From: Eledone cirrhosa
Lineage: Eukaryota
DNA: 64,000 bases
Direction: 5' to 3'
NCBI GenBank assembly: GCA_964016885.1
Contig: OZ024741.1
Span: 388,864,001 to 388,928,000 of the forward strand
Positions within the stretch are counted from its first letter, which is position 1, and each line of letters opens with the position of its first letter. This document shows positions 62,211 through 64,000 of this stretch, piece after piece. The position numbers and the translations under genes were made by a program. Below the pieces are notes generated by a model. That model made no database searches and was not told where the DNA came from. It saw only the letters and a list, made by a program, of their open reading frames with translations.

Positions 62211-62748
62211 ATAGTCACCTCTTGGAACTGTTCAGTATCATGAGCCTGGTCCACCAAAGTTGTCCCCTCTCATCTCTGTTGTATGTACTGACTCTCAGAC
62301 CACTACTGCACAAGTTGGACACATTAAGGAGCATCCCATGTGAACTAGGATTTGAGAAATCCATATCAGCATCTGACGTCACCATAGTGGTGTCAAACAC
62401 CAAACACATCAAGGTGATTGGCACTTCTCTGAAGGAATATGAAGTGATATCAAGAGCAGAAATTAACCAGGAAAAGTTGGCGAGCTTGCAGCTCTGCACC
62501 TGAAGAGATAAGTCCATGCTGTCCAACAGCATCATAGGAGGTTGAACAGACACACCGGTTAAATTGCTTGGACTCTGGTTTGGTTCAGACCTTCAGATGG
62601 AGAAAAACTGGGAAGAGGTAACGAGTAGGATGGCCACTCTCACCCAGGAATGGACTGAGAGGAAACTATCCCTGAAAGGTTGGGCAGAGGCAGTGAACAT
62701 GTACATTGCGCCCATCATCTACTACTGCTTGACTATTGTGTCTTGCTG
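62211..62748 (+). mobile_element. Second Tx1-family RT fragment
   Basis: HQSCPLSSLLYVL...DVTIVV...INQEK...LGLWFG; homologous to 52225-52580. Confidence 0.85.
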
Positions 62749-63529
62749 TGTGCCAAAAAATGTTCTTGTATATTTTTTAGCTTCCATTACTTGTGTGTTA
62801 AGTGTACTGGTATGTTTTAGTATAGTTTGTGAAGCACAGGTCCAAAATGAAGCAAATTTGATAGAAACAGCTCTTTTATTTTATATTTAATTTTTTGAAA
62901 CATGCAAAAATTAAATGTGTAATCCAGACCTGGGGGCAGTAAAATATCAAAAACAGTGGTGGCACTCTAAAAGAGATAATCAGATTATAGGACTGTTAAA
63001 TCAAGGCTAATCTAGGCCTAAACAATGTTTAATTTTGATATACTACTCACAGTAATTTGTATCCTAAAAACAAATAGCATTTCTCTAAATAACTTTTCAT
63101 TGGAAGTAAGATTATCCATATCAATAATATCTCAAAATATCTTAAATTTGTATTAGCGTGTTTTAGTCATTTATATTTTTTAAATGTTTGTATTAGGTTT
63201 TTATCTACAATTACATCTCATTTTCATGGAGTATGTATTCTATCAAACATTTTCTTTAGTTTTGTGAGCTGCTGTTTGAGATTATCTTACTCAATGCAAG
63301 AACCATATATATTTTCAGATTTTCTGAAAAAGAATATTTCAATCTAACACTGTGTGTGTTTTGTGTGTTCTCAGTGTGTATAGTGTATATTGTTTTTGGT
63401 AAATTTGCATGTACACCATGTACATTTAGCGATGTTTATGATAATATATTTTAAAATGTTTTTCTGTTTATTTATAAGCTATAACTGTTAATTTCTTGCA
63501 ATGCCCCTCCCCCCACTACTCAAATTTGT

Positions 63530-63810
63530 ATGCACACTTATCATTTGACATTAGTGCAAGTATAGTAAATGAACCTTCATCGGTTTCAACAATGATCATT
63601 CTGGTTTGATCAACAGGGTGGCTTACTCATTAAATTAACATGTAAGTGGCCAAGTATTCCACAGACACATGTACCCATAACATAATTCTCAGGGAGATTC
63701 AATGTGACACAATGGTGTGATAAGGTACAGTCCATCTTATGGACTTCCAAACATTTACTGTCTACCTAGTTTCACTCACAAAGCTTAGGTTGACTTGACC
63801 CAGCTCTATG
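63530..63810. repeat. Decayed interspersed repeat (SINE-like, unclassified)
   Basis: Segment AGTATTCCACAGACACATGTACCC...CTCAGGGAGATTCA..GTGACACA resembles a repeat I recall from octopus genomes. Single copy here, so weakly supported. Confidence 0.4.
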
Positions 63811-64000
63811 CTTAATTATTTATTTTTTCTGTGATAATTGTACACCTGTTAATAGCTATTTAGCTGATATCTTTAAACATTTGAACCCATTAGTGAATCA
63901 ATTTATATTTTCCCCATTTATGATGTAAAAATTGTAATAAAGTTAAAAACTTAATATATTTTGCTTTTTTTTTGCATACGAGGCTGTGTTACAGTTCAAT

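Noticed and set aside
63976-64000. TACGAGG possible mariner TIR at the window edge
   Set aside because: Only 7 bp match and the sequence is cut off, so it cannot be supported.

Overview
AT-rich, CpG-depleted animal genomic DNA. The SINE/LINE repertoire and (TA)n/(CAT)n content most resemble an octopus or other coleoid cephalopod (inference). There are no prokaryotic operons or CRISPR arrays. The window reads like the interior of a large plus-strand gene: introns packed with transposons, two candidate plus-strand exons (10060-10249, 22945-23153) and a candidate recursive splice site (13801-13823). Non-LTR elements: a near-intact RTE LINE with one homopolymer frameshift and a PHD finger inside the RT C-terminus (1452-~5720, minus), many degraded RTE copies and stubs, a Rex3/Expander-like RTE family, a full-length decayed Tx1/L1 element, a full-length decayed CR1-group element, and Penelope-like and CRE-like fragments. 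A CsRn1-type Gypsy deletion derivative with TG...AA mosaic LTRs is nested in the CR1-group element. DNA elements: Helitrons (one with both termini), a rearranged mariner, and Tc2-like and piggyBac-like MITEs. Also present: tRNA-derived SINEs, a 34-copy 56-bp minisatellite, and a fold-back triplication at 43.3-45.0 kb enclosing a CpG-rich promoter/first-exon-like fragment. All calls are by eye; no database searches were run, and family names come from recognised motifs.
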